The translations under genes and the position numbers were made by a program. Shown in pieces: positions 11,755 to 24,569 of a stretch of 64,000 bases of DNA. Source of the stretch: Hypanus sabinus (Eukaryota); the NCBI RefSeq assembly GCF_030144855.1, contig NC_082727.1:41912001-41976000 (forward strand), written 5' to 3'. Every line of letters starts with the position of its first letter. The first letter of the stretch is position 1. The notes under the pieces were generated by a model. It did not search any database and was not told where the DNA came from. It worked only from the letters and a program-made list of their open reading frames with translations.

Positions 11755-13690
11755 GTAAGTTAAGCAGGGAGAATTGTTGTCATTGTACTTTGGTCAAAAC
11801 TTGACAAGACTGAATAGAAGGAATAGGGTTAAATATAATTACAAAGCAACTCTGTGAGAGCGCCCATATTCTGTGGCTGCGTCCACGGCTGTGACACTCC
11901 AAGGCCTCCTTTGCAGCCAGAAATTCTTAGTTCGCGATATCCTAGTCATGCGACAAGAAAGTAAAGCACAAGGGTGCAGCGGATTTTCTAAAGTCCACTG
12001 AGAGAGTACAGCACCAATGCTGACATCAGGAGTGTCAACCTAGATGATGAATGGATGGGATAATCTAGATGCTGCAGCACTGGGACAGTGGTGAAGCATT
12101 GCTTTGGCTCTGAGAATTCTTAACCTGCTTCACTTATCCATTGGAAACTGGCAGAGGTCTTTTTGGTGAGTGCATTTATGGGAAGTTCCTGAAGGGGTGA
12201 TAGAAGTTTGCAAACCCTATGAAGGGCCTTACCTATTTGACAGCAGATGGTCTGGGCTGCTCTGTGACTGCCTGAACTCGACATGGGTTCATTTGAGCAC
12301 TGGAAGGGGTGAGGATGTAGCCCAAGGACACCTTTTCTTTGTTGAACTTGTACTTCTCTGGGATGGTGTAAAGTTGTCCTTGAGGAATCATTTGAGATCC
12401 CTTTGACATGTTGGATGTGTTCCCGGCAGGAATGGAAGTAGATAAGAATGTCATCCAAATACGCAAAAACAAACTGATTCAGCATATCGTGGAGCACATC
12501 ACTGACCAGGGCCTGAGTAACAGCAGGGGTGTTGGCCAGTCCAAATGTCACCATGAGGTATTCATAGTGACCAGTGGAGCTGTTGAATACTGTCTTCCAC
12601 TCATCCCCTTCTAGGATGCGAACCAGGTTGTTAGCATTGCGTAGATCTTTCTTGGAGAATATAGTTGCTCCCTGGATATGTTCAAATGCAGAGGCAAACA
12701 GGGGAAGAGGGTATTGGTCCTTCATTGTAATGTTGTTAAGTGGACGATAATCAATGCAGGGACAGAGTTCACAAAAAAAGAAGCCCACCCCTGCTAGTGA
12801 GGTGGATATATAGATAAATCCTAAACCCAATGCCACTTTGATGTATTTTCCAGTGGCCACCATTTTAGAATGAGGGAGAGAAAAGAGCTGGCCCCAAGGA
12901 GGACTAGAACTAGGTATGAGGTCAATGGTGCAGTTGTATGGCCGATGTGGAAGCAGGGAAGTGGCCCTCTTCTTACCGAGAATCTCAAGAAAGTCAGCAT
13001 ATTCAGCTAGAACAGCAGACAGGTCCTCACTAGTTGTTGTTTCAGGAGGGGATATGCTGACAGGGGTTTAAGCTACACCCAGAGAGTAGATGGGCACAAA
13101 CATGAGAAAGTTTGCAGATGCTGGAAATCCAAGCAACAGACAGAAAATGCTGGAGGAACTTTGCAGGCCAGGCAGCATCAGTGGAAAAGAGTAAACCATC
13201 GAGATCCTTCTTCAGGGCTCTGAACATGCCAGTCCTCACTCCTGGAGTGTCTTTAGGGAGCAATCAATCCATGGGTTGTGTCGAAAGAGCTGGGAAAGGC
13301 CAAGAATCAGCAGCAGTTCAGTTGAATCAACAAGTTCAAAGGAGAACTGTTCACTATGGTTGCCTTCTAGCACAGGTTGGAGGGGCACTGTGGAAAGGTG
13401 ATCTTGTTGGTGCACAGAGGCCGATCATTCAGATCCTTGTTATCAATATTCTCTCTCAATTGTTGAGTTTGAGAGATATCCATGAGGTTGCTGGCTGCCC
13501 TGGAGTCAATAAATACAGAACTCATGGGTGTGGGACCCCACAACAGTGAGGCCTGGAGAATTACTTAATTAAGGAAAGATGCTTGCAGGGAGAACAGGCC
13601 CGTCAGTATTCCCATTCTTACTGATGGGACTCCTGGGCACTTGGGACAAAACAACTGGAAGTATCCTGGAGAGCCTCAGCAGAGTCAGCG
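11755..13690 (-). mobile_element. Gypsy/Ty3 LTR retrotransposon remnant 1 (gag/PR-RT-RH, integrase largely absent, start of 3' LTR)
   Basis: ORF 12120-12863 reads KDQYPLP...DLRNANNLVRILEGDEWKTVF...GHYEYLMVTFGLANTPAV...AYLDDILIY. A protease-like FIDSRAA lies near 13500. The LTR start TGTCACA is at 11896 on the minus strand. Confidence 0.9.
13085..13215 (-). mobile_element. Penelope-like terminal fragment inserted in Gypsy remnant 1
   Basis: tgcagatgctggaaatccaagcaac...aaaatgctggaggaact...ggccaggcagcatc matches the other Penelope termini; the ribozyme core is partly deleted. Confidence 0.8.
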
Positions 13691-15190
13691 ACCTGTTCTT
13701 ATACGCCAACCTTGTTTCTCCTGAGATCTGAGTAACTCTTCAAAACACTATTAAAGGTTGGTCAAGCATGACTTTCCACCTACAAAGCCATGCTAATCAG
13801 ACTTTGTCTATCCAATAGCAAATATATCTTGTCCCTCAGACTTTCCTTCAGTACAAATGTCAGGCTGACCAGACTGTACTTCCCTTCTTAAGGGAGCTTG
13901 TTAAATAATGCATCAACTTTAGACACCTTTCAATCTTTGGGAACTTCACCAGTGGCTAACAATGCAGCAAATATCTCTGCAAGGGCCTCCAGAATTTCTC
14001 CTGTAGTCTCACACAAAATCCAACGATGCATTGATTCAGGTCTTGGATTTATCCATCTTAATTCACTGTACGGTTGCTTATAACTCCTCTCTGGTAATTG
14101 GAATGTTCTCCACTTATTTCCTCTACCTCTTGAGCATCCTTGATTTCCTCTTCAGAATTATTCATTAAAAATACCACCCATTTTTTGCAGGTGAAGACAT
14201 AGGCAGCCCTTCCAACCTCTAAGGGGACCCATGCACCCCACCCTCCCTGGCCACCCTTTTATTCTGAATAGAGCTTTAGAACTTCTTGAGACTTTTCTTA
14301 ACTTTGTCTGCCAGATCCTCCTCAGCTCCTCTCTTTGTCCTCCTGATTTTCTCCTTAAGAGTATTAAAATCTTTTTATAGTTATTGAGGGATTCACTCAT
14401 CTCTGATCTCCTGTGCCTTAATATCTCTGGTCAGCTAAGTTTTCTGAACAGAAGCATGCTGCTCCTGGATTCTTCATATCAACTTTATCAAAGCCTCCCA
14501 CTTGCTATTCATTCCTTTCCTTCGAACAGGCTCACCCAATAAACCTGTGCAAGATCCTGCTTAATTCTGTCAGCATTATCTTTCTCCAGTTTATTACCAT
14601 GACCTCTGACCTGTCCTACCCTTTTACACCACCATCTTAAAACTAATAGAGTTATGGTTGCCAGAGCCAAAGTGCTCCCTGAATGCCACTTCAGTTATCT
14701 GCTCTGCCTGGTTCCTTCAGAGAAAGTTCAGAATCGCACCCTCCCAAGAAGGGCCCTCTATATATCAATTCATGAAACTTTTCTGGGCTTATTACACACA
14801 TTTCACTTTGTCCAGACCTCTTTCACTCAAGGTGGCCCAGTCAATACCAGGGAAGTTAAGATTTCCAGCAATACAACTTTATCATTTTTACAACTATCAA
14901 CATTTTCTCTATACACCTGCTCTTCAAGTTCCCGCTGACTACTGGGGGCGGGAGGGGGGGGGGTGTTGGTGGGAGCTCTATAAACAGCCACATCACAGTG
15001 ACTCTAAGTTCTACACACATGGCTTTGTTGGGAGATCCCTCAAATGTACTGCTGTTATGTCCTCCCTTATCAAACTACCAACAACCCCCTACCTGTACCT
15101 CTCTAATGCCTGCAGCATCTGTATCCTGGAATACTGAGCTGCCAATCCTACCCTTTTCTTAGCCTTGTTTCTGATTTGGCTATAACATCT
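13690..15190 (-). mobile_element. CR1 LINE ORF2 fragments (AP endonuclease and central region)
   Basis: The minus strand near 14840-14875 reads CIAGNLNFPGIDW (APE GDFNFPxIDW motif). 13770-14460 resembles CR1 RT-proximal sequence. Confidence 0.75.
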
Positions 15191-16399
15191 ATAGAGTTAA
15201 GATAATTGACATGTAACGGTATTAACATTGCCCCTAGAAAACCAACAATTAGTTAGGAATCCTTGCTTGTACAGTATATTCATTATGCAGCTCTGAGCAA
15301 GCTCTGCTGTGAAATCACCTTGCTGAGATAACTGTTTTACAAGGCTTGGTAATAATTTTTCTCTCCTCTTTTCCCACTGATATCTTGCTGCTTAAAAACT
15401 AGTAAATTATACAACAGCTTCAAGTATATTGATTTTGAGATTTACTTTGTATTGGAATAAAGCTGCTGTTTTTCTTCATCTGTAATTATTGATTTCACAG
15501 CATTAGTCTGGGAGACTACAGAACAGCTCTCTGATATTGAAATAATAAGGTTATGTTGGAAAGGTTCTGTCTAATTAAAGTTATCTAAATCTTTATCTGT
15601 AAGGTAGACTGATAGATTTTCAAAGCCTTTATATATACTTTACTCTGTTCTATGCCTTTGAAATATTAGTTTCTTGGCAGCAGGGGACATGGGATTAGTG
15701 CAAGCGCAGACATTTCAATTGGTGTGAATGACATACACCTTTGAGTTTGCTCTCAGGATGCTCATTAACCCTTTGCTTAGTACCTCACTGAACAGAGCCA
15801 AGCCCTACTGAAAATGAAGGACATGAAGAGCATTGGGAAAAAGCACACTCATCAGTTACGCGGTTGCACGTGACAACGGATCTTATGCTGAAAAGTATCT
15901 GGTTCTCCCAAAGAATGCCCAACTTTCAGCCTCTCCAACATTCTACCCTCTATTTCCCGTAGCAGGTATAAAGGGCCCAAGCTTACACATGTTGGCAAAG
16001 CTAATCCTGTACTAGCAGAAGAGATCCAGCTAGCAGTACACCAGAATTCAACCTAACTGAATGGCTGGAAGGAAAATCAGCAGCATTTCATTCTAGCTCT
16101 TAAATGCCTTGTTAACCTCCTGCTTCAAGAATAGACTACTGAGGAAATAATACTACTTATCCTAATAGGTGAAATTTCAAATTACTTACCTGATTTTTGA
16201 GAGACAATGAAATATTTGGTGGCACTGTTTCCAAAATTACTTGGCATTAAATGTCAGAATGTCTCAAGCACAAGTGAAAATTATGGAGTATTAAACCTGC
16301 ATAAATTTAGTTGTACTACACCATTGAGGCTACTAAATAATAAGGAGCACTTAAAGCATTCAATATTACATCATTGTGTTATTACTATGTGTCAATGAA

Positions 16400-16560
16400 C
16401 AGTAGAGGGAAGGGTTCCAGTGTGTGGGTGGTGGACAGATAGAATGTGTGGAGGACAGGAAAGAAAGGGAAAGAAACAGGGTGGGGTGGGGTTAGGAGGT
16501 CAGAGGGAGAGAGGATCAGGAGTATCCTTCCCTACTGGCCCAGTGTTCATTTACCCTCTC
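16400..16560 (-). mobile_element. Probable Penelope-like 3' fragment
   Basis: Purine-rich stretch (ggtggacagatagaatgtgtggagg...ggtggggtggggttaggagg) similar in character to 31330-31530. Confidence 0.4.
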
Positions 16561-17249
16561 TCTATTAACCATCTAGGTGAGGGAAAAAAGGAACAGATGG
16601 GCTAGCCCATACCATACCTTCTGACTCCTGCATTGTTTCCAGCTGAGGCAGGGAAATAACACAAATAACAACGCTCTGTCTTTAGGGATGGATAACACAG
16701 GAAGTTTCACAGGAATTTGTCCCAGAATGCACTGCTGCCAGAAATCTTGATCATTTCTATGTTCTGTGTTCTATATCATACAGAGATAATAAATCTAACT
16801 CCGTAATCTGCAAGGGCCTGAATATGCCAAACAAATTGACAAAAACATTTCTAAATTGTGTAGTTTTCACATTATTTTATACCAACAATAGCTGATTTGA
16901 AAGTGTCACCCTGTGCCCTTCTGCCATTCTGAAATATGCATATTCCTCAAATGTGAAGAGTAGCTGGTAACTTTCTTTTTTAAGGCTTGCTCAAAATCAG
17001 TAAGCTGATATCTTCATGCAAGTGGTTGCCTGCCTTCATGCCAAAAATATAGACAACTTCTATCAGATCTAATCTAGCTCACTGCACAAACCATCTGGTG
17101 CCACAAATCTCAATACCATAGTTTGAACATAATGAAGAACTGAAGAACACAGTAGACAATAAAGCATTGTGTTTCGAGTCCTTAACTCAAACAAGCCAAA
17201 ATTGATGAAAGGGTTTCTGGCTGAATAATAAATGGAAAGAGTCCTAGTG

Positions 17250-18400
17250 TTGTGGTAGTCCTTTGGATTTTTCAGAAGACACGCTGCTGTGCAGGTCATC
17301 TGTGGACACGGAGGTGGTTCTGCAGTTCCAGTCTGGAAGCACAGAGTCCAGCACAATGGGGGCACTGGAAGTCTGTTGCTATAATAATTGTGGCTGCTGT
17401 TCTGTGACGCCGCTCACGGTTTTCCATCAGTTTTTGGCAGCACCTGTCTTCAAAACTGGTGTAGGCTCCATGGCACAGGGCTCACCAGCGGGTTCTATTT
17501 GAAGCCACAGCTTCTAGTTCCCTTGGCTGAATGTCACAGTAGTGTAGGGTTTCCTTCACAGCCTCTTTATAGTGCTTGTGTGGATGACCTTAAGGTCTCC
17601 TTCCGGTCTCCAGTTCACCATAGAGCAGCTGGCGAGGCATACAATGGTTGTCCACTCTGATGACGTGACCCACCCACCGCATCTGGGCTCTGATGATCAA
17701 GGGCTCAATGCTGGTGGACTCCGCACGATCCGAGACCTCCAGGTTGGAGACACGGTCTTGCCAATGAATGCCAAGAGTTGAGCGGAAAATGTGCATGTGA
17801 AATTTCTCCAGTTGCTTCATGTGTCGTCGGTACAAAGTCAGGTCTCACATCCACATAGGAGAGAAAGGATGGCCACAGCTCTGTAGACTTCCAGCTTTGT
17901 GGATGTTGTGTTGATTGAGTACTCTGGTATGCAGCCTCCACAGAGCCTGGCTGGCCTTGCTGATCCTGGAGTCCATTTCTTTGTCCAAAGACAAAGAAGA
18001 TGGAGATGATGCTTCCCAAGTATTTTCATGTTGTCATGTGTTTTCCAAGGCCTGAAGGAAGGAGTGTACATCAGGTACCAATTAGACGGCCCTCTCTTTG
18101 ACCTTTGCCACTTGAATACACGAACAAAGTGCCTCTATACAGTCATTCAAGAAACCCTCTTTGACACACAAAGACTATGATCTACAGTTGATGTTGAACA
18201 AATTCTCAGATGCTGCTACACCCTTTGGCCTGACTATCAGCCTGGACAAGACTGAAGTACTTCACCAGCCCGTGCCAGACACTAACCCCATAGAACCAAA
18301 AAGTCATTGTTGACGACACCCAGCTGACAAAAGTAAACAGCTTTACATACTTGGGAAGTATCATCTCCAGTGATGGGTCTTTGGACAAAGAGTCCTAGTC
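17250..18400 (-). mobile_element. RTE-clade LINE, 3' half, decayed
   Basis: Minus-strand peptides: QLEKFHMHIFRSTLGIHWQDRVSNLEV...AQMRWVGHVIRVDNHCMPRQLLYGEL; TKLEVYRAVAILSLLCGCET; KVNSFTYLGSIIS. Confidence 0.9.
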
Positions 18401-21239
18401 TAAGCACCAATATGCATTACCAGCTGGCAAAGATGTGAAAATTCATTTAGTGAGCAATTTCCAAATTATAAATTCACATTTTCTTTGTGATGTGACTCAT
18501 AATTGCTGTTCCATGATAGTTCATTTTATTTTTTGTAATTACCTGCTGTTTTATTTTTACTTATAACTTTGAATAAGATTTCTGACGGTCTAATTGAGAA
18601 TTATTGATGATGTGTTCAGTTCCTGTTTCTAAATTTCTCTTTCTTTATGAATTTTAGCAAACATCAAAATGGATTCTTATATATTAATGGAGAAGGGGGT
18701 TTTCTGTGGCATTTCTGTGTGTGAAATCGTCTATTTGTATTTAAATGAAATTATGTTGTTGGATCTCCAGTAACCTTCAATCTATATATGTTTACACTTG
18801 CAATTTTGATAAAGGTAATTGGAGAAATAATTAACCACTCCAGTGTCCCTCTTTAGATTCTGAAATGACAACTGCAGTATGTGGATTCATATTGGATATG
18901 AAGCATGACAGGTACCAATTTTTTAACAGGACCAACAATTGAAATGCAGATTTGACATATTTTAAATGGATTCGGCAGAATATTGTGAAGCAGCGTGATT
19001 GACAACTGTTGCTCCCCCAAAACCCACTCACAAAGACGAGTTGAAGTGATCATTAGAAATATACGTAATATTGATGCTTTCCAGAGTTTCTACCAGTTTT
19101 CAAAGTCTGTAGGTATGCACTGAAGTGTCTGCTAGCTGCAAGACTTCTATAGAGTTTGGTTGCTCTTAGTTGCTGCCTCATATAACTGTAACAATGACTC
19201 TTCCTCTTGAAGTTGAGCGTGGTTGTGTGAATGAATAGAAGCCAATCGGCGCAGGATGTATCACTGGAAGAAGCAGGAAAAAGAGAGAAATTTCAACAGG
19301 ATAATGTGTATCTCCAGGATCTATTCCCCTTTTTGAATTTCATCAATGATTGAGGTTTGTCATGGAGGTTGTCCTGAAACCTCACCTCCACTGCAACTCA
19401 AACCTTTTGGCAGATCGTGGAGAGCAGTGTCAGTAGCAGGAAAGCTGACTAGCTTATGAACTTTTATGCATCTAGCTTTTTCTAGGCTGACATTGGAAAT
19501 ATCAACAATATACACTGCATGTTCATCGGTATATATTCTTAGCCATCACTTCATGTAGATTAATACTTGCTGTCCTTTTACCACCCATGAATGCCTTCAT
19601 TCATTGACAGTATGCTGTGATAACTGTGTCATTTGTATCACCTCTAACATTGCAATGTAATGGCCTTAGGAACTATCTGATGACAATGTGTTTGCTAGAT
19701 CTGACACATGACATAGCCGGGGATGAGCAGTTTGTATTGACAAAATCCATAGTCCTACATATTACCTTCTAGATGAGAACGGTATAATGCTGATATTTCA
19801 CTGCTTTGACTGTACTGAAGAAGCCCTGCAGTGATCATCTGGAAGGGCTACCTGATCTTTGATGCACGCTGTAAGCTGGCCTGCATGAGGAGGTGGATCT
19901 TGTCATTGAGGAGCTGAAGAGCTTGAGCACAAGGTAGAGGAGGAAAAGAAGAAGGACGAGAAAGCTGAGTAAGAGGTGAAGGTGGAAGAAGGGGATGCTG
20001 TAAATGTGAGATCTGCAGCAGTGCTAAATGAATTGGGAGGGGACCTGAAGCACCCTGCATTTGAGTTTTGACTTTGGGTCTTTTGGCAAGTGAAAAGAGC
20101 ATAGTAATTTGATCAGTGGCCAAACTCTGGTTGAGATTGCAAGACATGCTAATTAATATTTATTCAATGACTTTGACCTCTCCTTTGAGATAATTGAATT
20201 TCTTATTGCTATTGCATTAGGTCACTGGGGCTAACCTCCTGACATTGACTTCCACAACTGTCGGCTCACACTATCTTATTGGCAAACAGGTTTAATTTTG
20301 TCACATGTATGTCAAATTTTCCACAAGATTTCTGATGCATATCTACCAAGAACTGATTTCGTCGTATCTCCATTGATTGGCTGTTGTTGCTTGTTGCACT
20401 GAGTTCTATTGCCAATTGTGATAGAAACTCCAGCAATCACAGTTACTGATTCTTTAATCGCTGTAGCCAAACTTTAAGAAGTATGGTATGTAATGATATT
20501 GACCCATGCCCTGATGATACCATACCTGATAAACAACTTGATGAAGGATTGACATGATTTAGGCGGGCACCACAATACTGATACGCTCTCTGCTTTGCTT
20601 TGAATGGGCAAGGGACCATCAAAAATTGAGATTCTTGGAACTGTGTTCTTGAGTTGTTGGGTTTAGTCTCCAATGATTTTCTTTTCTGACAATGTTTGTT
20701 ACAAAAATCTATAACTTTGAACTGTTTCAGTTGAGTGTACTTTTATTTATGTGTGATGTCAGAGTTATTTGGTGTCTGTCGGATTCAGGCCAAGTGCTTT
20801 GTTTGGCAGGCCAACCAGCTATCTGTTTATACCTTGTCAAAGATTAATTGGAAATGCAAAACCTGATGGAGGTGTTGATTGCTATTTAATTCAGTTAGTA
20901 CCATCCTAGTTCATGCTGATATTGATTGACATTCAAGATGTTACCCCGATGGTATTGGTATCCTTTTATAATTCATAGTGAAGTCTTTTTTTAAAAATAG
21001 AAAGCTGAACTGCCAAGATTCATCCTCTTTCTTTTACAGGCTTACATGATTTGGAAGCTGAATAACAGATTGAATTGTATTAATTTCTCAGGTAAACTCT
21101 CAGGATGGACTACTTAAGTATTACTGAAAAGAGCCAATTACATTCCCAGAACTATCATTGCTTTGAATTAAGTAATATAAAATCCTTCCCGCATCCCCAG
21201 TGATATGCTTTTTGGCTAATTTGCTTGTAAATTACCTCT

Positions 21240-21400
21240 AGTGCTGGTGCATGGTTGAAGGATCGGGGGCAGTTCACTGGTTATGAGAGAGAGAATGGGC
21301 TAGAGAGAAATAAATGAGGGAAGGGAATTGAAATGATTGGTTGGAGAACCAGCACCAGCTTGATGGGTTAAATGGCTTTCTTCTATGTCATAATAAACAT
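21240..21400 (+). mobile_element. CR1 3' UTR fragment
   Basis: Ends accagcttgatgggttaaatggctttcttctatgtc, a CR1-type tail. Confidence 0.5.
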
Positions 21401-22279
21401 GGAGACATAAAACATACTTGTTGAACTTAATTTGCTGAAGCACATTTGCTTTTATGATTGAACATCTCCATAAACATAAATTGATAATTCTTTGTGTGAT
21501 ACAGTAATGCCAAACAGCAAGATGCTTCCTGACAATTAAGAGATTTCCTAAGATGAACAACTGTACTTACATAGTTCATTTCATACCCTTATAAAACTCA
21601 AGAGCTTTACAATCTAAGATGCAAAGTACTTGAGATGATGACAAAACCTATATTTTCATCTTCTCATCTATTTCAAACTCTCAAATTATGTTAGGAACTG
21701 TCTTGTCTGTGTGCTGAAGCCAGGGCAAGGGTTTCTCCTGAGCTAATGCTGTAGTGTAGTGTGTAGACAAGGGCTTCTTTGGATTATATTTCCAAATAAT
21801 CCCATGTTGGGCAATATAGAAGAATATAACTTGGCTAATTACTACCCCTTAAAGGGAAATCTGTTCAATATTCAAACGGATATCTGTTCCAGCATCAACA
21901 GAATCTATTATGTTTATGATGTTCTGTTCAATCTTCTCCCAGTTTAGGAGCATTATCCCACCAAGTCCCAACAATGCTAAAATATTTCATTTAAATCCCA
22001 AATGCTTCCAAATTGTTTTTTCAGTCCTGCTTCACTCTGGGATTCTTTACCTTGGATTTTTCCTAGACTCCATGAATTTTTGTCAGTGTTCACAAATACC
22101 CTAATCCAAATGTTCGTTAACTCTGGCTCTAATATACCTGGAAGACCAGCTCAGTCCCTCAAATCCCACAACTATGTTCCGGGTATGAAGAACATTGCAA
22201 CTTTGGAAACAAATAAAAATAGAAAATATATAGTTAATGGTTGGACTAATGGGTGGTTAATGGAAAGTTATAGTTAATG

Positions 22280-22675
22280 GGGATCTTATAGAAACATACA
22301 AAATTTTGAAAGGGATAGATAAGATAGAAGTAGGAAAGTTGTTTCCATTGGTAGGTGAGACTAGAACCAGGGGACATTGCCTCAAGATTCAGCGGAGAAG
22401 ATTTAGGACGGAGATGAGGAGGAACTGTTTTTCTCAGAGAGTGGTGAATCTGTGGAATTCTCTGCCCAGGGAAGCAGTCAAGGCTTCTTCACTAAATATA
22501 TTTAAGATACAGTTAGCTGGAATTTTACATAGTAGGGGAATTAAGGGTTATGTGGAAAAGGCAGGTAGATGGAGCTGAGTTTATGGACAGATCAGCCATG
22601 ATCTTATTGAATGGCAGGGCAGGCTCAATGGGCCAGATGGCCTACTCCTGCTCTTATTTCTTATGTTCTTATGGC
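22280..22675 (+). mobile_element. CR1 LINE 3' fragment
   Basis: ORF 22306-22578 KGIDKIEVGKLFPLVGETRTRGHCLKI...FSQRVVNLWNSLP, followed by a tail ending ttcttatgttcttatg. Confidence 0.9.
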
Positions 22676-22689
22676 CCTGAATAATGCTG

Positions 22690-23280
22690 AGGTACAGATG
22701 GATCTTGGGATACAGGACCCCACTTCCCTGAAAGTGACTGAATAAGATTATAAGGTGGTAAGGAAGGTGTGTGGAATGCTTGCTTTCATTGGTAAGATTG
22801 TTGTGACATGCTATTATATTAAAATCTAGTTAGACTGCTCCTGGAGAAGAACTCCTGGGTGCTTTTCTGTTCTCCCCATCATAGGAAGGATGTGCAAAAG
22901 GTGCAGAAGTGGTTTAGCAGGATACTGACTGGTTTAGAAGGACTGAGTTATAAGAAAAGATTGGACATACTTGGATTGTTCTCTGTATAGTGTTTGAGGC
23001 TGATGGGAGGCATGAAAGAGGCTTTTAAAGTTATGAGGGGTATAGATAGGGTAGACAGTCAGAATCTTTCTCACAACGTAGAAATGCCAAATTCCTGAGC
23101 ACATGGGGCCTGGTTTGGGTTACCAGCAGTAGTAGAGGAAGCAGGCACCTTGGTGGACTTCAAGAGGCTTTTAGATGGACAGAAGTATATGGAGGACATC
23201 TAGTATTATTTGATATCAAGATTGTCAAGGCATCATGGGCCAAATGGTCTGTCCAGTGTAATATAGTACTGTTCTATGTA
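22690..23280 (+). mobile_element. CR1 LINE 3' fragment, older
   Basis: Decayed CR1 C-terminus (ggaaggatgtg...aaggtgcagaagtggtttagcagg) and tail gtactgttctatgt. Confidence 0.7.
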
Positions 23281-23574
23281 TCTTGGGATGGACGTTAGTG
23301 TTGAGCCAAGCTCTGCTAGATTCCAGGTTCCATGCCAAAGCTGTTTTATTTTGTGGTCACTTCTAAGATGAAAAGCCCACATAATATAACCTGGGAGAAG
23401 CAATCCTGATCTTAGGGGATCTCTGCCTGGTTTTATACAGTGTGACATCTGTTACGGGGAAAGGCTAAAAGGAAACAACTTGTTTTTAAAATGCAAGTTC
23501 TATTCTTCGGCTGTGATTTATCCATTATCTTAAACTTCAACAGAATGGTCCACAGCAATGCCTGCCTTTTCATT

Positions 23575-23900
23575 GGCTGCATATAACTCTCCCCATCTCT
23601 TCCTCAGCTGCATTGATGACTGCATTGGTGCTGCTGCCTCATTCACCCATGCTGAGCATGTCAATTTTCATCAGTTTTGTCTCCAACTTCCATCCTGCCC
23701 TTAAATTCACTTGGTCCATTTCTGACACCTCTCTCCCCTTTATTGATCTCTTTGTCTCCATCTCTGGAGACAAATTTTTGACTAACATCTTTTGTAAACT
23801 TTTTGATTCCCATGGCTATCTGGACTATAATACTTCCCACCCCGTCTCCAGTAAAAATACTATTCCCTTCTCTCAGTTCTTTCATGCTACTTTTGTTCGC
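23575..23900 (+). mobile_element. Penelope-like RT fragment
   Basis: ORF 23613 SFVSNFHPALKFTWSISDTSLPFIDL is nearly identical to the Penelope RT at 31721-32818. Confidence 0.85.
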
Positions 23901-24128
23901 ATCATATTGTTTTCTATATTACAGAGGATCTTTAATTCTTGAACAATGTTGCAAGCAACATGCAGATTTCATAGCTTTCATTAGCAGAGTTAATGAATTC
24001 ATTAACCTAGCTAATGACTACTGTGAAGTCTGCAATTACTTGTTGCCAACATCATACAATTCATAATTCAGTGGGTCCAATGAGAAACTGAAAACTATTA
24101 TTTAATTTGGTTGCATTTCTTTTCTTAG

Positions 24129-24245
24129 GTGCAGAAGACTTGCTTGCTTCAATCAGGTCCATCGCCAGCTTCACCGGTGACAACTGTCTCTCAGTTTGCG
24201 TGTCAGAGGAAATCAACACTTGACAATAAAAACAAGATATTCACG
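24129..24245 (+). CDS. DNTT: TdT coding exon 3 (linker and start of the 8-kDa domain)
   Basis: tttcttag|GTG...ACG|gtaaag, 117 nt, phase 0-0. Translates to VQKTCLLQSGPSPASPVTTVSQFACQRKSTLDNKNKIFT, containing the TdT SQYACQRRTTLNN-type motif. Confidence 0.95.
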
Positions 24246-24569
24246 GTAAAGCATGTCAAGAAGTGTTTTGCTTTATTTTTAGCATTATAACTTTATATTT
24301 AACATTCTTTGTTTCCTACTTGGCAGACAAGTGGTAAATAAGTTCAGTAGGTACGATTTCTCTGGGAATACAGTGACTACTGACTTCCCAACACATCTCA
24401 AAAGGATATTACTAGTTAGTACATGAACATTCCAAAGATTTACCACCGTCTGGCCCCAATCTTCCAGAAAGGTAACTCACATGCTAAGTGCGAATTCTGG
24501 ACAAAACTAGAATCACTGAAAGGATACTTGACAGCTTTGCTAGGGCTTGAATGCTATCACCTCCTACAA

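Noticed and set aside
9346-11804. Three 635-654 aa Trp/Gly/Leu-rich ORFs
   Set aside because: They are translations of the 25-bp repeat in all three frames (25-aa periodicity), inside an intron, with no real start context; the G/T-rich unit rarely makes stop codons.
14990-15025. Cryptic RSS (CACAGTG, 12 bp, ACACACATG); other CACAGTG sites at about 7854, 53968 and 62742
   Set aside because: The nonamer match is 5/9 or worse; no canonical 12/23 RSS was seen.
19240-20150. Possible decayed PIF/Harbinger transposon (catgaatgccttcattc resembling HDAFIL)
   Set aside because: It rests on a single short motif that needs a frameshift; I could not establish other motifs or TIRs.
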